DNA of 64,000 nucleotides, taken from Pelomyxa schiedti. Lineage: Eukaryota; Protista; Evosea. Position 1 is the stretch's first letter; every line of letters starts with the position of its first letter. Under the pieces are notes generated by a model. The model was not told where the DNA came from. It saw only the letters and a program-made list of their open reading frames with translations, and made no database searches. The stretch lies in NCBI GenBank assembly GCA_020536535.1, contig JAHLWZ010000165.1:28361-92360 (forward strand), in the 5' to 3' direction. A program made the position numbers and the translations under genes. This document shows positions 38,379 to 50,600 of this stretch, in pieces.

Positions 38379-38548
38379 TGGGTTCCGGCTGGGCTGATTG
38401 CATGATGGTGGGTGTGGGTGGTCTTGCTTTGTTATCTTGGCAAGAAACTCTTTTTTTTTGTGTGGTGCTGCTACCACCCACGTGTTGTTTACTTAGTGAA
38501 TGTACTTGTGTGTAAAAAAGACAGAAGTAATGAACAGTTACTGTTTTC

Positions 38549-41500
38549 TTAGATTCCTTGTGGGAAAGAACAATCACAGGATTCCACGGCTTCTCCGGTT
38601 GGTGTCTTGTACTCAAAACGCAATTTCATGAGGACGGGGCTCTGTAATAAGTGTTTGAGTGGTAGGTTGTACAACTGGTGAGATGTACCTGCCCGTGCTG
38701 GGAATTAATCAGACGAAGTAGTTGCGTGATGTTTCCTCCTGCAGGGATTGATGTATCACTGGCAGCGTTGAGCTGAAGCTTGAGCCACTAATTTGAGTAC
38801 AGTGAGTGCACATGTACACATGACTGAAAATTAAATGAAGTGGGTTGAAACGCACTTTGGGAACAGCGGCTTTTATCGTGAAGTCACTGAAAGGGATGGA
38901 AGTTGGATTGCGGTAGGACGCCATAATTGTGTATAACTGAGGCTGCCCTGGTGGATGGGAAACGGAGAAAACAACGTTAAGACCACGTGGGTTTGAAAGT
39001 ACGTCAAATGAAGTAGCATCCGCTGGGTCTATTTCATTGTTCAGTCAGTAGTTTTGGAAGTACAAAAAATACTAGAAACAGGTGGCGCAGGTCGCTGTTG
39101 GGCCGGGCTGTCAAGGAGTGACAGTTGAGAAGTTGCAGTTTGAATTTGTGCTACCGCAGACGTCTGTGGAGTTGGGGAGGGGCCAAAGAGATCAATGAGA
39201 ATGCTACTTGTGGAGGAGGGAGTTGAAGGAGTCGGGCTAGTTGTGGTAGTGGTTGCGTTTTGCAAGTCATCCAGGACAGACAATATCTAGATTCCCAATG
39301 ACATAACAATAGTGTATTAATCACATACCTGTTGTTTATGAGTCACCTGTGGAGAAGGTGTTGAAACTGGTGCGGGCTTAGCTACACCTTCCTCTTCTTT
39401 AGGAGGGACGTGTTGCAAAACGAGGTTCCTAGAAAACATGAGTTGAGAGAAAAGGGTTATCAGGTAGATATACTTTATGTTTTCCCATTTGGAAATGTTT
39501 ATGTACTCACAGGCACGCTGTTGTACCTCCAGGTACATATTTGTTAGATACTTCGAGACAAGGGCAAGAAGTTTTCTGTTGGAAGTAACGTACACTGCTG
39601 GGGGGAAAGTAACTTACGGAGAGTAAGTTGAAGGAAGTCTTGATGTCAACTTAATTGCTGCAGTAAGGGCAAACTGTTGGTTCAATTCCGAAAGGAATGG
39701 AATAGCAAAAATTTGTTCCATCAATTCAACAACTTGTGGAGCACTCACTTCCTAAAAAAGCCAAGTGGGTATCAGTTGAAAATACAACAAGGGTACCGCA
39801 ATTGGTTCCTCTTCAGCTGGGTCAGAAGCAGGGGCCGAGGAAATCAAGTAATCACCGTACTCACCAATGCACCACAACGCTACTTGCAGCAGATAAGGCT
39901 AGAAAGAATTCAGTTTGACAATGGTGGTTCCCACAAACCTGTGACATGTCCTTAAGTAGTGCCGCATATAGCTTATGCACAGCATAGGGATAAAGTTCTG
40001 GGGTCTGAACAACAAGAGTCACTATGCTTGAGGGCACTTCCTCAGGCACATAATTACCTGCCTGTTCAAGGGATTTTAGGGTGTTTTTTTTATTTTTTTA
40101 TTTTTACATACCACAGTGATAACTCTTAGAAAAGTGTCAAAATGCCATCGTTTAGAGGGTGCAAATCTGTGGGAGGTGGAGTTAACGATGGCAAGCTAAA
40201 ATGTTACCAACCTCGCTGTGACCCAACACAGTTTTTCTGCGATCTCCTGCTTGAACTGGATGTCCGCGATAACCAAGTAATTCAACAACTCTCGCACCAA
40301 GATTCTCACGTTGGATTCATTTACGAGGGTGTAAACAAGGTCTAGAGCACGTTTTCGGATAGATACATCTGGATCCTTCAAATATCTGTCAGTTTATGCC
40401 GAAAGTTATTGTTTAAATCTACTTTTAGGCAATCCAAAATTGTGTTCCTATGTCGTTGTACCCCCTGATTATCTGTGGCATCAACCACCTTGTACAGAGT
40501 ATTAAGTGCTACATATCTAAAAAAAAAGGAGGTTACAATAACATGGAAGGTAGTTACATTTTTACCTTATATTGTTGTCTTTGTTGGCAAGAAATCTTCC
40601 AAGAATGTTGACTGCTAGTACGCGTAAGCCCTTTTCCGATTTGATGGCCATGATGGTTTGTACACATTCATAAAGGATAGCATTGCCAACATTACGGACA
40701 CTTTCTGTGTTAGTGGCAACCTGAATACAACTAAGTTGTGGATGAGGATGTTTTTTAAAATACTTGAGCAAGTAGATCACCCATAGCCTCACTAGCTTTA
40801 TCGTCATCTTTCCCCAAAATGCGCAGTAATTTAAGAACTTTTACTTGCAAAAATGGATCTGTCACACCAGACACATCATGTTCTGGTGCATAGCCAGACG
40901 TGATTAAGCTTTTCAATATTCTCAGTAAATTTGGTACAAGCTAGAACTGTTATTGAACACCAGAAACAGGAAGACTTTACTTTGCGGAAACCAGGGATAT
41001 GCTCTGGGTTCATCTCACATACTTCTGTTATAAGAGTGATACTGGAGACCAATACACCATGGTTTTTCTCAGATAATAAATTGCGCATTTTTGGTAAGAA
41101 TGTTTCGACAACTTGGGGGCATTTACGAATACTTCGCAGTGCTGCAAGTGCAGCCTAATATAAAGGTGAGGTGCAAAGAGTCATGTTATGATCTACCTTC
41201 TTTCTAAGGTAAGGGTTTGTACTTGCGAGCAATTTATCCACATCAGGGGCACAGTCTTGAGCAATGCCCACCGAGGCAATGTTGGATAAGGAGCACAGAG
41301 CCAGACCCACAGTAAATTGATTTGGGTGGTTCAAATCACTGCATAATATTGAGAGTAAGCTACGAGGATAGGAAAAAACTTTTGGATGCAATTTGTGGCC
41401 AAGGTGAGCACCTCAGAGTTTTCATCCAACATAAGCATTAATGCCAGATAACCCAAACGTTTGTCGGCATAAAATGGAGAGGCAATCAACTTCAAACATT

Positions 41501-41894
41501 CCATTTGGCCAAACTGAGTGGGGTACCCAAGCATGTGGATGTACAACAGCTTGGCGACATTACGATGTTTGTTTGATCCTTCATCTAATTTTCCCCAACA
41601 CACTTAACTACAAATATAGAAAGGGAAAATTGAACACACCAGTAAAGGAATTTCTTATCACGGCACATTCTTTAGCAATGGTCTCTCTTTCTTCAGCTGC
41701 TGTTTTACAGGCACGAACCATTTTAATGAGGTCACGTAATTTTAAGCTTATGCCAGCTGCGTGACAGTTTAGAGAGGTTTTCCAGCTCACGGGAAAGAAA
41801 GAAAAAATAAAATAAACAAAGAAAAAAACCATTTCAAAAGTGCGAACATACCAGCAGACTGGGCCCTGATTACGATGTTCTCGATGGTATCCAT
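38549..41894 (-). CDS. AP1G1: AP-1 complex gamma adaptin
   Basis: [80 protein letters not shown]; ear domain KAAVPK|WLKLQL...SFPQGI*. Confidence 0.95.
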
Positions 41895-42159
41895 GTGCTC
41901 GGATCTACCCCCAATTACAAGCCCAAGCGATCACTACGAGTTTTTTTGTTTATGTTTTTCTTCCTTCTGGCAAAGGTGTTTCTTCTTTTTGAGATTTGGA
42001 TGCTTCGGCAGTCATTCTCAACGAATTCACTCTCGCCGCTCCTGATACTGCAGGAGTGGCCTGAGTGCCATCCAATGGGGACTCTCCTCAGTCTTCAACT
42101 GGGAAAGGAAAATGCATTGAGGGAAGGAACAAAAGAAAAAAAAATATCGTACAAGCATC

Positions 42160-43794
42160 ATGTCCGGGTATGCGACAGTACCGAAACATACGGCGCCGAT
42201 GACGCGGAGATCTTGTTACAGATCACCTTAACGCACAACGACAACAAACCCTACTACGTACTGCCACACTGATTTTTTTTCCCTCTTCCGAAACAACAGG
42301 CGAGGGAGATCGCGATCGCGTTCCGGTTCGCGAAGCAGCTCACGTAGTTCTTCACGCAGCTCATCTTCCTCTGGTTCTTCTTCTAGTTCGTCCTCCAGAT
42401 CACCTGCGCCTCGTCCCGCTGCAAGTGGGTACTCTACCGTCCCTCCCAAAACAAACCAAAAAACAAAACAAAAACAATCAAAATAAAGTAAATGGAGTGG
42501 AGTGCGTTGACGTGGCAATGTGAATTGCACAAAACTTACCCTGTGCATATTGTAGAAAAGTGGTTGATGAAAAGGAGAAACCTGCTGCTCCAGCAGCCCC
42601 AGCACCGTCTAATAAAGCATCCACGAAAAGAAGCAAATCACGCAGCAGGTCTATGTCAGATAGCCGTTCTCGCAGCAAATCTCCACGTGCAACTGGCACC
42701 TCTTCAGCAACAACCTCTGGTGCGAACGCCCCTGCCAGTAAAACTAGGGCAGATTCTACTAGCCGTTCACGCAGTCGCAGTAAGAACAAAGGACGAAGCC
42801 GTAGTAGGAGCAAGAGCAGAAGCAGCCGCAGCAGGAGTCGAAGCAAAAACAGGAGCAAAAGCAGGAGCCCTAGTCCTGTCCCTCCAACAGCCATCTTCAT
42901 CAACAAGTTATCCAGAAATGTGACCAAGGAGCACGTAAATGAGATTTTTAGCAACTATGGCAAGATCAAGACAATTGAATTTGGGTACGCACCTTTAACT
43001 CTTGTGTTATTTCCTTATGGTACACAGATGGGATCGCAAGGTTGGATTACCCAAAGGCTTTGCCCATGTTGAGTATGAAAAATCCGAGGAAGCCACTATG
43101 GCTGTAGATTACATGGACGGTGTATGTCAGAAGTAAAAGTCCTTATTTTTTCCCTTACGGATCTCTCAGGCTCAAATTGATGGCAATGAAGTCAAAGTAC
43201 AACTTGTTGTCCCAAGAAAGCAACCAAGGCGCCCTTCACCCCCAATTCGCCGGCCAAATGGTGTGCCTATTTTTCGCTTTAGAATTGAAACTAATGTCTG
43301 GCTCAGTTTCCTCCTGGAGACCACCTCCAAGGTCAGGTTACCGGCCAAGATCCCCTGGTATTAGGCACCGTTCTCCTTATAGAGGTTTCAATAGGTCTTC
43401 TGGGAGACCCTCTAGAAGGTATTTCATAGGAAACTTCATTCATCTGAACCATTGCAGGTCGCGATCTCCCAAAAGACACAGCCACTCTCCTGCTCGTAAA
43501 GATTCAAAGAAAGCCGAAAGCCCCAAGCGCGGCAGGAGCCCGTCTTCTAGTTCCAGTCCCTCACCAAAAAGGTATCCCCCATGTAATCACTACTATTTTA
43601 TAAACCAACACTCCGCAGGAACAAAAGCAGCTCACCCGTTTCTTCCCGATCACGGTCACCCAAGTATGCAGTTTCTTCCACTCTTTGTCCTTCCAACCTA
43701 GACTGATTCCCAAAACAGACCAAAAGCAACATCACCAACAAAGACCGAACCCGCACCTGCTACAGTAGCAGCCGAAGCTTCCAACAAGTCGTAA
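42160..43794 (+). CDS. RNPS1: RNPS1/SR45-like SR-rich RRM protein
   Basis: RS/Ser-rich N-terminus; RRM IFINKLSRNVTKEHVNEIFSNYG...PKGFAHVEY...MDG|AQIDG; R/P/S-rich tail. Confidence 0.88.
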
Positions 43795-44001
43795 CAGTAG
43801 ATTGACAACATTGGCAACACCCGTTAATGTGTTCTGGGCTATGGTGAATATTGAACCAAGTTTTTTTTTTTTTTACGGCAGCGTCTTTGTCGTTTTGTGC
43901 TTCGGCTCAGGCTCTTAATTTAGGGTGTCCAATTGCTTTTCGAATGGGCAAGATTCAAGAAAACAAACAAACAGAAAAATAAAAAGTCATCGTACACCGA
44001 G

Positions 44002-44835
44002 ATGCCGGTACGTTGTCGTTCGTAGCTACGCTTGACACACATGCGTACAGTCAAAACACAAGCATACACATTGTAGTTGTGTACGTTATGTGGGAACTAA
44101 CGCTTGCTCTTCCGTCTCGTTTTTTTTTTCTTTCCTTTCCCCCAAACCGCAACTGTGTGACATTGAAGGGTGCATATCACTCTACATTCGCGGAGGAGGG
44201 AGCTCGCGTTATTGGGGGTCTCCCAATGATGCCTCTGAAGACTACAGCCAAGGGTCCTGCTGCCCCTGCTCCTGCTGGTACTAACTCTTAATAACTTAAT
44301 ACTTGCTAAATTTCGGAATAGACAAGGATGATATCATCGATGAGTGCTTGAAGTTTTTCAAAGCCAACATGATGTTCCGGCAATTCGATCCCAAGACTCC
44401 TTGTGACAAGTTGTTGGTCTACATTACCCTTTATATCCACCAGTGCATCACAAAGGTAGTTACCCGTAAAAGTGTATATTGCCAGTTAAATAATTTCCCA
44501 CCCATTATAGATGCCACACAAAACAAAGGGGGACAGCGAGAGGCTTATGAACGCACTCGCCATTGAGAGTTTCCTCATACCTGGAGATAGAATGTTCCCC
44601 CTTGGTGGACATGTCTCTGCTCCGCCCTCACGAGGAGATGCAGGTAATAATCTTAACTTCAAAAACCTATAAAAAGTTAACTCGTGCCAAAGAGCTCCTC
44701 CGGTCTTATATGACTCAGCTCAGACAAGAAATTGGTAACCGCGTTGTTGCTAAAGTGTATGCACACAACCAAATGGAGCCAGATAAGTGGTGGATGCTGT
44801 TTACTAAGCGTAAATTCCTGAACAAGACTTTGTAA
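44002..44835 (+). CDS. ARPC3: Arp2/3 complex subunit 3 (p21-Arc)
   Basis: MP|GAYHS, KGPAAP, DIIDECLKFFKAN, DKLLVYITLYI, YMTQLRQEIG, KWWMLFTKRKFLNKTL*. Confidence 0.95.
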
Positions 44836-45171
44836 CCCCAAAACAAACAAAAAACAACTTGTTTTTTTTTTTCAGTGTTCCAGAAAGCAAAATTTTTTCG
44901 CAGGAAATAACGTATTATTTTAGAGATAGATTTCGGCTCTGGGTAGGGCTGTTTATCCAAACACTGAAGCCACTTTTTATGCCAATCGAAGGCAGCGAAA
45001 GGGAGTGGACTTGTTGGATCATGTACTTTGCTCAACCAAGTTTAAAGTCAAGGTTATTGAACAATGTGCGTACGAAGTGACAACAAGTGAAGATGCAGTG
45101 CGCACCAAACAAAGCGGTGCTGACGGTATTGCAAATTGATAAGAAGGAACACACAAATATCCGGATTGTAA

Positions 45172-45560
45172 ACTAAGTGACAACCCCAGCACAAAACTTC
45201 GTCTCCATCACAGAATCAGCAGCCGGGGTGTTACTACCCACAGCGGTGCCACAGTTGTGTCCACAGTGGTGGGTGCGCCCATGCCCACGTCAAGATGATA
45301 GAGCTTCTGCTGCAGCACAACGGAAGCACATCATGCCGAAGCAGAAGGAACGGAGATACCCCTCTGCACTGCGCCACTCGAGCCCACTGCGTGGTGGCCG
45401 TGTGGTTGCTTCTCAAGTGCTCCGTTGGAGATAAGCACCACCAATGGAGACATGGACACACCACTTCACACGGCGGTTCAGACTGACAATGGGGCACACC
45501 AAGGTGTGCAGAATTGTCGAATGACCCATTGTGGCTGCCAATGCAGGAATGCAAGTCACA
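45172..45560 (+). pseudogene. Inverted, internally deleted copy of the 3' exon of the BTB-ankyrin gene
   Basis: Matches the reverse complement of about 48241-48587 and 47610-47663. Has a ~30-nt deletion at GCACA, a ~580-nt deletion, a 2-nt frameshift and about ten CpG to TpG/CpA changes. Confidence 0.9.
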
Positions 45561-45636
45561 AAAAAAAAAAAAAAACAAACAAACAAACACACACAACAAA
45601 ACGACAACAGACACTCAAACAGTCATTACACAACTT

Positions 45637-46118
45637 ATGACTGCAAAGGAGGGCAGCCCAGCGGCTGCCCCAACAAACAACAACAGTGACAAAAGAGCCA
45701 GGATGAGCCCAGTGAGTGGTTGTTGTTGGTATTGCTGTTGCTGTTGATGGTCAAGATCATCCTGTTGTTTCATGGTTTCTGTACCACTGGTGGCAGTAGT
45801 ACAGCTGCCTGTCAGGAGGACACCACCTCACATTGGTCAAGGAGGCTGGCAACGACTTGGCGGTTGTTGGCACTGGGGGGTTGTGAGGAGGGTTGGCCAA
45901 GGCAGATGCCCACTGTGCCTGTGATGCCAGCTGGTGTGACAACACCAGCAGCAAATACTACTACTACAACAACAACAACAGCAACAGCAAAATCTGTCAA
46001 CCACACACTGGGCTTGGCCCCAAACTAAGTGGGCACCACTTCAGTGCTGACACAAGGTTCAAGGGATGTCACAGTGAGATTATGGTTGTGGTTGTGGTTG
46101 TGGTTGTGATGGTGACAG
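45637..46118 (+). pseudogene. Degenerate gene 5' fragment (MTAKEGSPAAAP...)
   Basis: A-rich leader then ATG and broken frames with triplet low-complexity runs; CpG-poor. Confidence 0.3.
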
Positions 46119-46454
46119 GATGCCAAAGGGGATGGGGTCACATTCTGGATGCATGGGGGTGAATTCCACAGCAAGGACAACCACCACCCCCCAAGGAATG
46201 GTTCTTTTGAATTTGAAGACACTGGAATTTGAGCTATCTAAAGTTGCCTCTGTGTGAACTATGGCAGATTTGAGGAGATGCAGGCCTCAATTTTCCTCAA
46301 ATCTGCCATAGTTTATATAGAGGCAACTTTAGATGGCTCAAATTCCAGTGTCTTCAGATTCAAGAGAACCATTTTATTCCTTGGGGGGTGGTGGTTGTCC
46401 TTGCTGTGGAATTCACCCCCATGCACCCAGAACGTGACCTCATCCCTTGGCATC
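46119..46454. repeat. Long fold-back inverted repeat (arms ~158/161 nt, 17-nt loop)
   Basis: 46119-46276 is the reverse complement of 46294-46454 with 9 transitions and short indels. Confidence 0.95.
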
Positions 46455-46637
46455 AAAAAGATGCCAAAGTGATGATGAAAATATTGAGAAGTCCAATTTC
46501 TTGTTTCCAGTCCTCACATAAGTGCCTCTATAAATTGCCCTATCCTTGATGTGTTGGTGGGATGCCCCTGCAACCAAAGATGTTGTCAAATTCCTTGTGA
46601 AACACAGTTTTCATTAAATCCATTGTTATCAAATAAG

Positions 46638-46827
46638 TGATGAAAAAGAATATGAAAAATGCAATATAAGCAACAAGTCTCTTCTATAATCATCACCGAA
46701 TAACTGAATTTGGAATTCACTTTTTTGGTGATGCACTCATTTGTTTGTTGAATTTAAATCAAGTTGCAGCAAAATGATCAGAAGAGACTTGTTGCTTACA
46801 CTGCATTTTTCACATCCTTCTTCATCA
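46638..46827. repeat. Second fold-back hairpin (48-bp stem, imperfect inner stem)
   Basis: 46638-46685 pairs with 46780-46827; perfect 19-bp core taagcaacaagtctcttct / agaagagacttgttgctta. Confidence 0.9.
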
Positions 46828-46969
46828 TTACCTAGTCCTCTTTCACCTCTAAAGTGAATCTGATAGTAACTTTGTGGGAGGTTGCTATGTCAGTCTCAAA
46901 GGATATCTCTGATACATGCATCCTATGCAACCTTAACATCAAAAAAAGAAATAAAAATGTTAGTTCCAC

Positions 46970-47386
46970 TCAAACTGCATGAAATGAACTGTGTGTGCAA
47001 CCAGTTTCTTTGGTCAAAATCCAGGTGGTGCAGCCCATGAGCACAGCTCTTCTTGTACTGTTCACACAGCTGACCTCCTGGTCACTACTGAGTGGTTTCT
47101 TCCTCTCACCATCCCCAACAGCATCAACGCCAACATCGACAGCATGACGATCATGACCAGCACCACCAACCGCACCACCGTAGCCAAAACCATCGTCCAC
47201 GTCCGCCAAGTACCATAGTCGTATGCATCCCACTCCTTGTAGTCTTGTGTGGTGGTGGCGGGCAGGGTTGGCAACGACCGGAACATGCAACGCCACATCA
47301 GCACCGGGAACAACAGCAGTCAGTGCCCCAAGTACAGCAATAGCAACAACAACAGCAACGTCGACGGGGGCAGGTTCGTCATCCAT
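46970..47386 (-). pseudogene. Interrupted membrane-protein 5' fragment, weakly like a lysophospholipid acyltransferase N-terminus
   Basis: Frame MTNLPP..LGH*LLL...YDYGTWRTWTMVLATVVRLVVLVMIVMLSMLALMLLG..AV*..GF* has three in-frame TGA codons. Confidence 0.3.
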
Positions 47387-47605
47387 TAGCCCCAGCTTTT
47401 TCTTTTCCATTACTATTTTTTTGCTCCCTTTGCTTCAGCCAATGAGAGTCCTCTCATGGTGGTTCTCTCCACCCACCCATAATTGACCGTTCCGAGGAAA
47501 TCCGCAGGGCTCAATCGCCTGAATACCAGCTTCGGGTGCTCCCTTTTTTTGGCATGTTCTTCTACACTTTTGGTTTTTCAGAAGAAAAGAACATACCGTT
47601 GTTGA

Positions 47606-50600
47606 TTATTGTGACTTGCATTCTTGTGATTCCAGAATTCGGCACACCTTGGTGTGCCCCATTGCTGCAGCCAGGCTCAGTGGTGTGTCTCCCAGCTGAT
47701 TTCCAGCTGTGGTGTCGGCACCATGTTTTAGCAGTAGCCTCACAACACTCGGATGTCCCAGCTTGGCTGCCAGGTGCAGCGGTGTATCCATGTATGCATT
47801 CACTGCATTCACTTTGCTGCCGTGGAGCAGAAGTTGCTGCACTATGGCGTGTTCTTTCCTCTCATCTGGTGATGAATGTTCTGTTGCCGACTCGATGTTA
47901 CAGCAGGTGCAATGGTGGTGAATAATTGTATCTGAAATTGCTGCTATTGATGGCGAAGTCGATGTGGGTATTGAAGTTGATGGTGGAATTGGCGTTGGCT
48001 CTGTTGTGGCTACTAAAGTACTGTTTAGGTACTTTGGCAGAGCTGTGGTAGTTGTGGTTTGCTGCTGTGTGCTGGTGCTGGTGGTTGTAAATGTCGGTGG
48101 TAATAGGCTTGTTGATGAGGAGGAATGCAGCGCTGTGGTGGTGGTGCATGTTGCTATGGGCGAGGGTGTGTTGAATGACAGGTTTTCAAATGTCTGCATG
48201 CACTGCGCACAGGAGCAACAGGGGCAGCAACCCCCACAAGCAGTCCGCACCGCAGCGTGAAGTGGCGTGTCCAGGTCTCCGTTGGTGGTGCTTATCTCCG
48301 CAACGGAACACTTGAGAAGCAACCGCACGGCCGCCACGCATCGGGCTCGTGCGGCGCAGTGCAACGGGGTATCGCCGTTCCTTCTGCTCCGGCATGATGT
48401 GCTTCCGTTGTGCTGAAGCAGAAGCTCTATCATCTTGACGTGAGCATGGGCGCACCCGCCGCTGTGGACACAACTGTGGCACCGCTGGGGGTAATGAGAC
48501 CCCGGCTGCTGATTCTGTGATGGAGATGAAGTTTTGTGCGGGTCTGGAGCTACTGGTTTTCGTGCTGTGCTGGGGTTGTCACTTAGTGATCTCTTGCGGG
48601 ATGTTGATCCTGACATGATGCAGGGCGCAACTGTGACTGGCTTCAGGGTGGAATTGCACTGGAGAGGAGGGGCATCTACTCGCCTCCATACCAGGTGCAA
48701 TGGAGCATCACCATTTCTGGTATATGCATTTGTATCGGCCCCGGCACCCACAAGTATAGTTGCAATTTCAACGTTTCCAGAGGAGACTGCAATGTGAAGT
48801 GCGTTAAGCCCTGAGATATCATCCATTGTATTGAAATTAACACCGTTCCGCAAAAGATATCTAAAGAGTAATCAGTGCTGAGGTACATGTGCATGGCTTT
48901 TGGGTACACATACTTCACAGCTTCAGGGCTCTCAGAATGTGTTGCCATATGCAACAATGTTTCACCATGTGGATCTCGGCAGTTAACATCAACTGCCTTG
49001 CACTCCTATAGTTGAAAGAAAGTTTGGAAAACAATAGGTAGAAGAGTTATTTCAGCAACACGTTCGAAGTGTGTTGTGGTACATTCCAGAAGGGCGCCAA
49101 CAAGATGGAAACATCGCCTGCTTGCTAACCAAAATAACAGGCGTTCACCAGCAGATGAAGATGGCGACGGAGTTTCACTTCGAATTGGCGAGGGACTAGT
49201 AATTCTTGAGTGCTAGGGTTTTTTGAGAGTAATTACACTGCAAAAGGCAACACAAACATTCATTTGGTCATCAGAATCTTCGTTGTCATCATCGTCAGAT
49301 GCCTGCTCATCTCCCTCATTGCAGTTGGCCCGTAAGGCAGTAGGAGTTCCTGTGTAGATTGTCAAGAGGCGGGCGGAATCTTGGTAATTAAAGTGAACCA
49401 TGCCATGCACGGAGTAGTTCCAGAAGAAATGGAACACCATGAGTGATGAGAGGGGCGAGGGGCTTTTGGTTCTGAAGATTTTTTGCCTCCAGATTTGTAT
49501 CGTTGTACTTTAGGAGAAGCTGTACAACTAAAGAGGATTATATTGGAAGGAGTGGGAGAGAAAGAGAACTGGTGAAAAATTTGCATTCCACGGCAATATG
49601 TAGCGGCGTGTTGCCACGTTTATCGGGGATGTTGGGATTAGCACCACTCTGCCAGCGAGATGTTAGATACTTGATGAGTGTGCATGGAAAAAGAAGATAA
49701 TAACCTGCAGAAGTAGTTGCACCAGCTCGAATCTATTATTTACAACTGCAATAACCAATGGTGTGGAACCTGATGATGCAACTCAGAATTCCAAAGCTGG
49801 AAGAAAGGTAATGGCATACCTGTTTCGTTTTTCCTGTCTACGTCAGGTCCGTTGGAAATAAGTACATCCAAGATTTGATATGCGGAAGGTAACCCTTTTG
49901 CACACACAATATGGAGTGCTGTATTTCCAAGTTGGTCATTGCTTAAGGTAATAATTAGCACTTTCCCAAAGTTAACGGAAGGTAAAATACGCATTAAGAG
50001 TTTTGCGAGGGTCGTAGGAATTTTCCAGCAGAAGTTGCACAAATTCGAGAGAGAACCCCTTTTCAATGCTAAGGAGAAACTCGTCACAATATAGTGCATG
50101 CCTATGATGCCACTTAGAGCCCAGTTTTCGTATTAGTAGCACAGCCACATCCTAGTTCAGATAATGAGATTTCATTCATTTCGTACACAAAAAAAAAAAA
50201 AAAAAAAGTACATGGTAGCCCTTTTGGATGGCAACAGAACAAGCCTGTTGATCGGCTGCTTGATCCAGTCCCATGTGCTGAAATTGAAATAGAACTGCTT
50301 CTTCCAATTGTGGAAGGCGATAAAAGAGACTGGCTTGGAGGATATCAATCATTCGTTCTGGGAAATGCTTAGAGTGGTTAAAGGTGTCTTCTTCTTTGAT
50401 TACCAACTGGTGTCTGTGGACTGATGCTTGCCAAAAGAAAAGAGAAGCAATCCATACTCAAATCGTTGATTTGAAGCAAGTCAGAGGCAGCAAGCAACTC
50501 GAGATCATTTTCTTCAGTTAAGAAACTGTGGCAATCTTTTTTTTTGTTTGTTTGTTTGTTTCTGCTTGTGAGATTTTTTGTTTGAAAACTGGGGGGAGAT

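Noticed and set aside
38709-38924. Apparent truncation of the gamma-adaptin ear
   Set aside because: Two further exons complete a normal ear domain ending at 38549.
45561-45600. Poly(A) after the inverted pseudo-copy read as a retrocopy tail
   Set aside because: It resembles the A/AAAC-rich leaders before many ATGs here and precedes the ATG at 45637. No TSD was seen, and the source exon has no intron to test.
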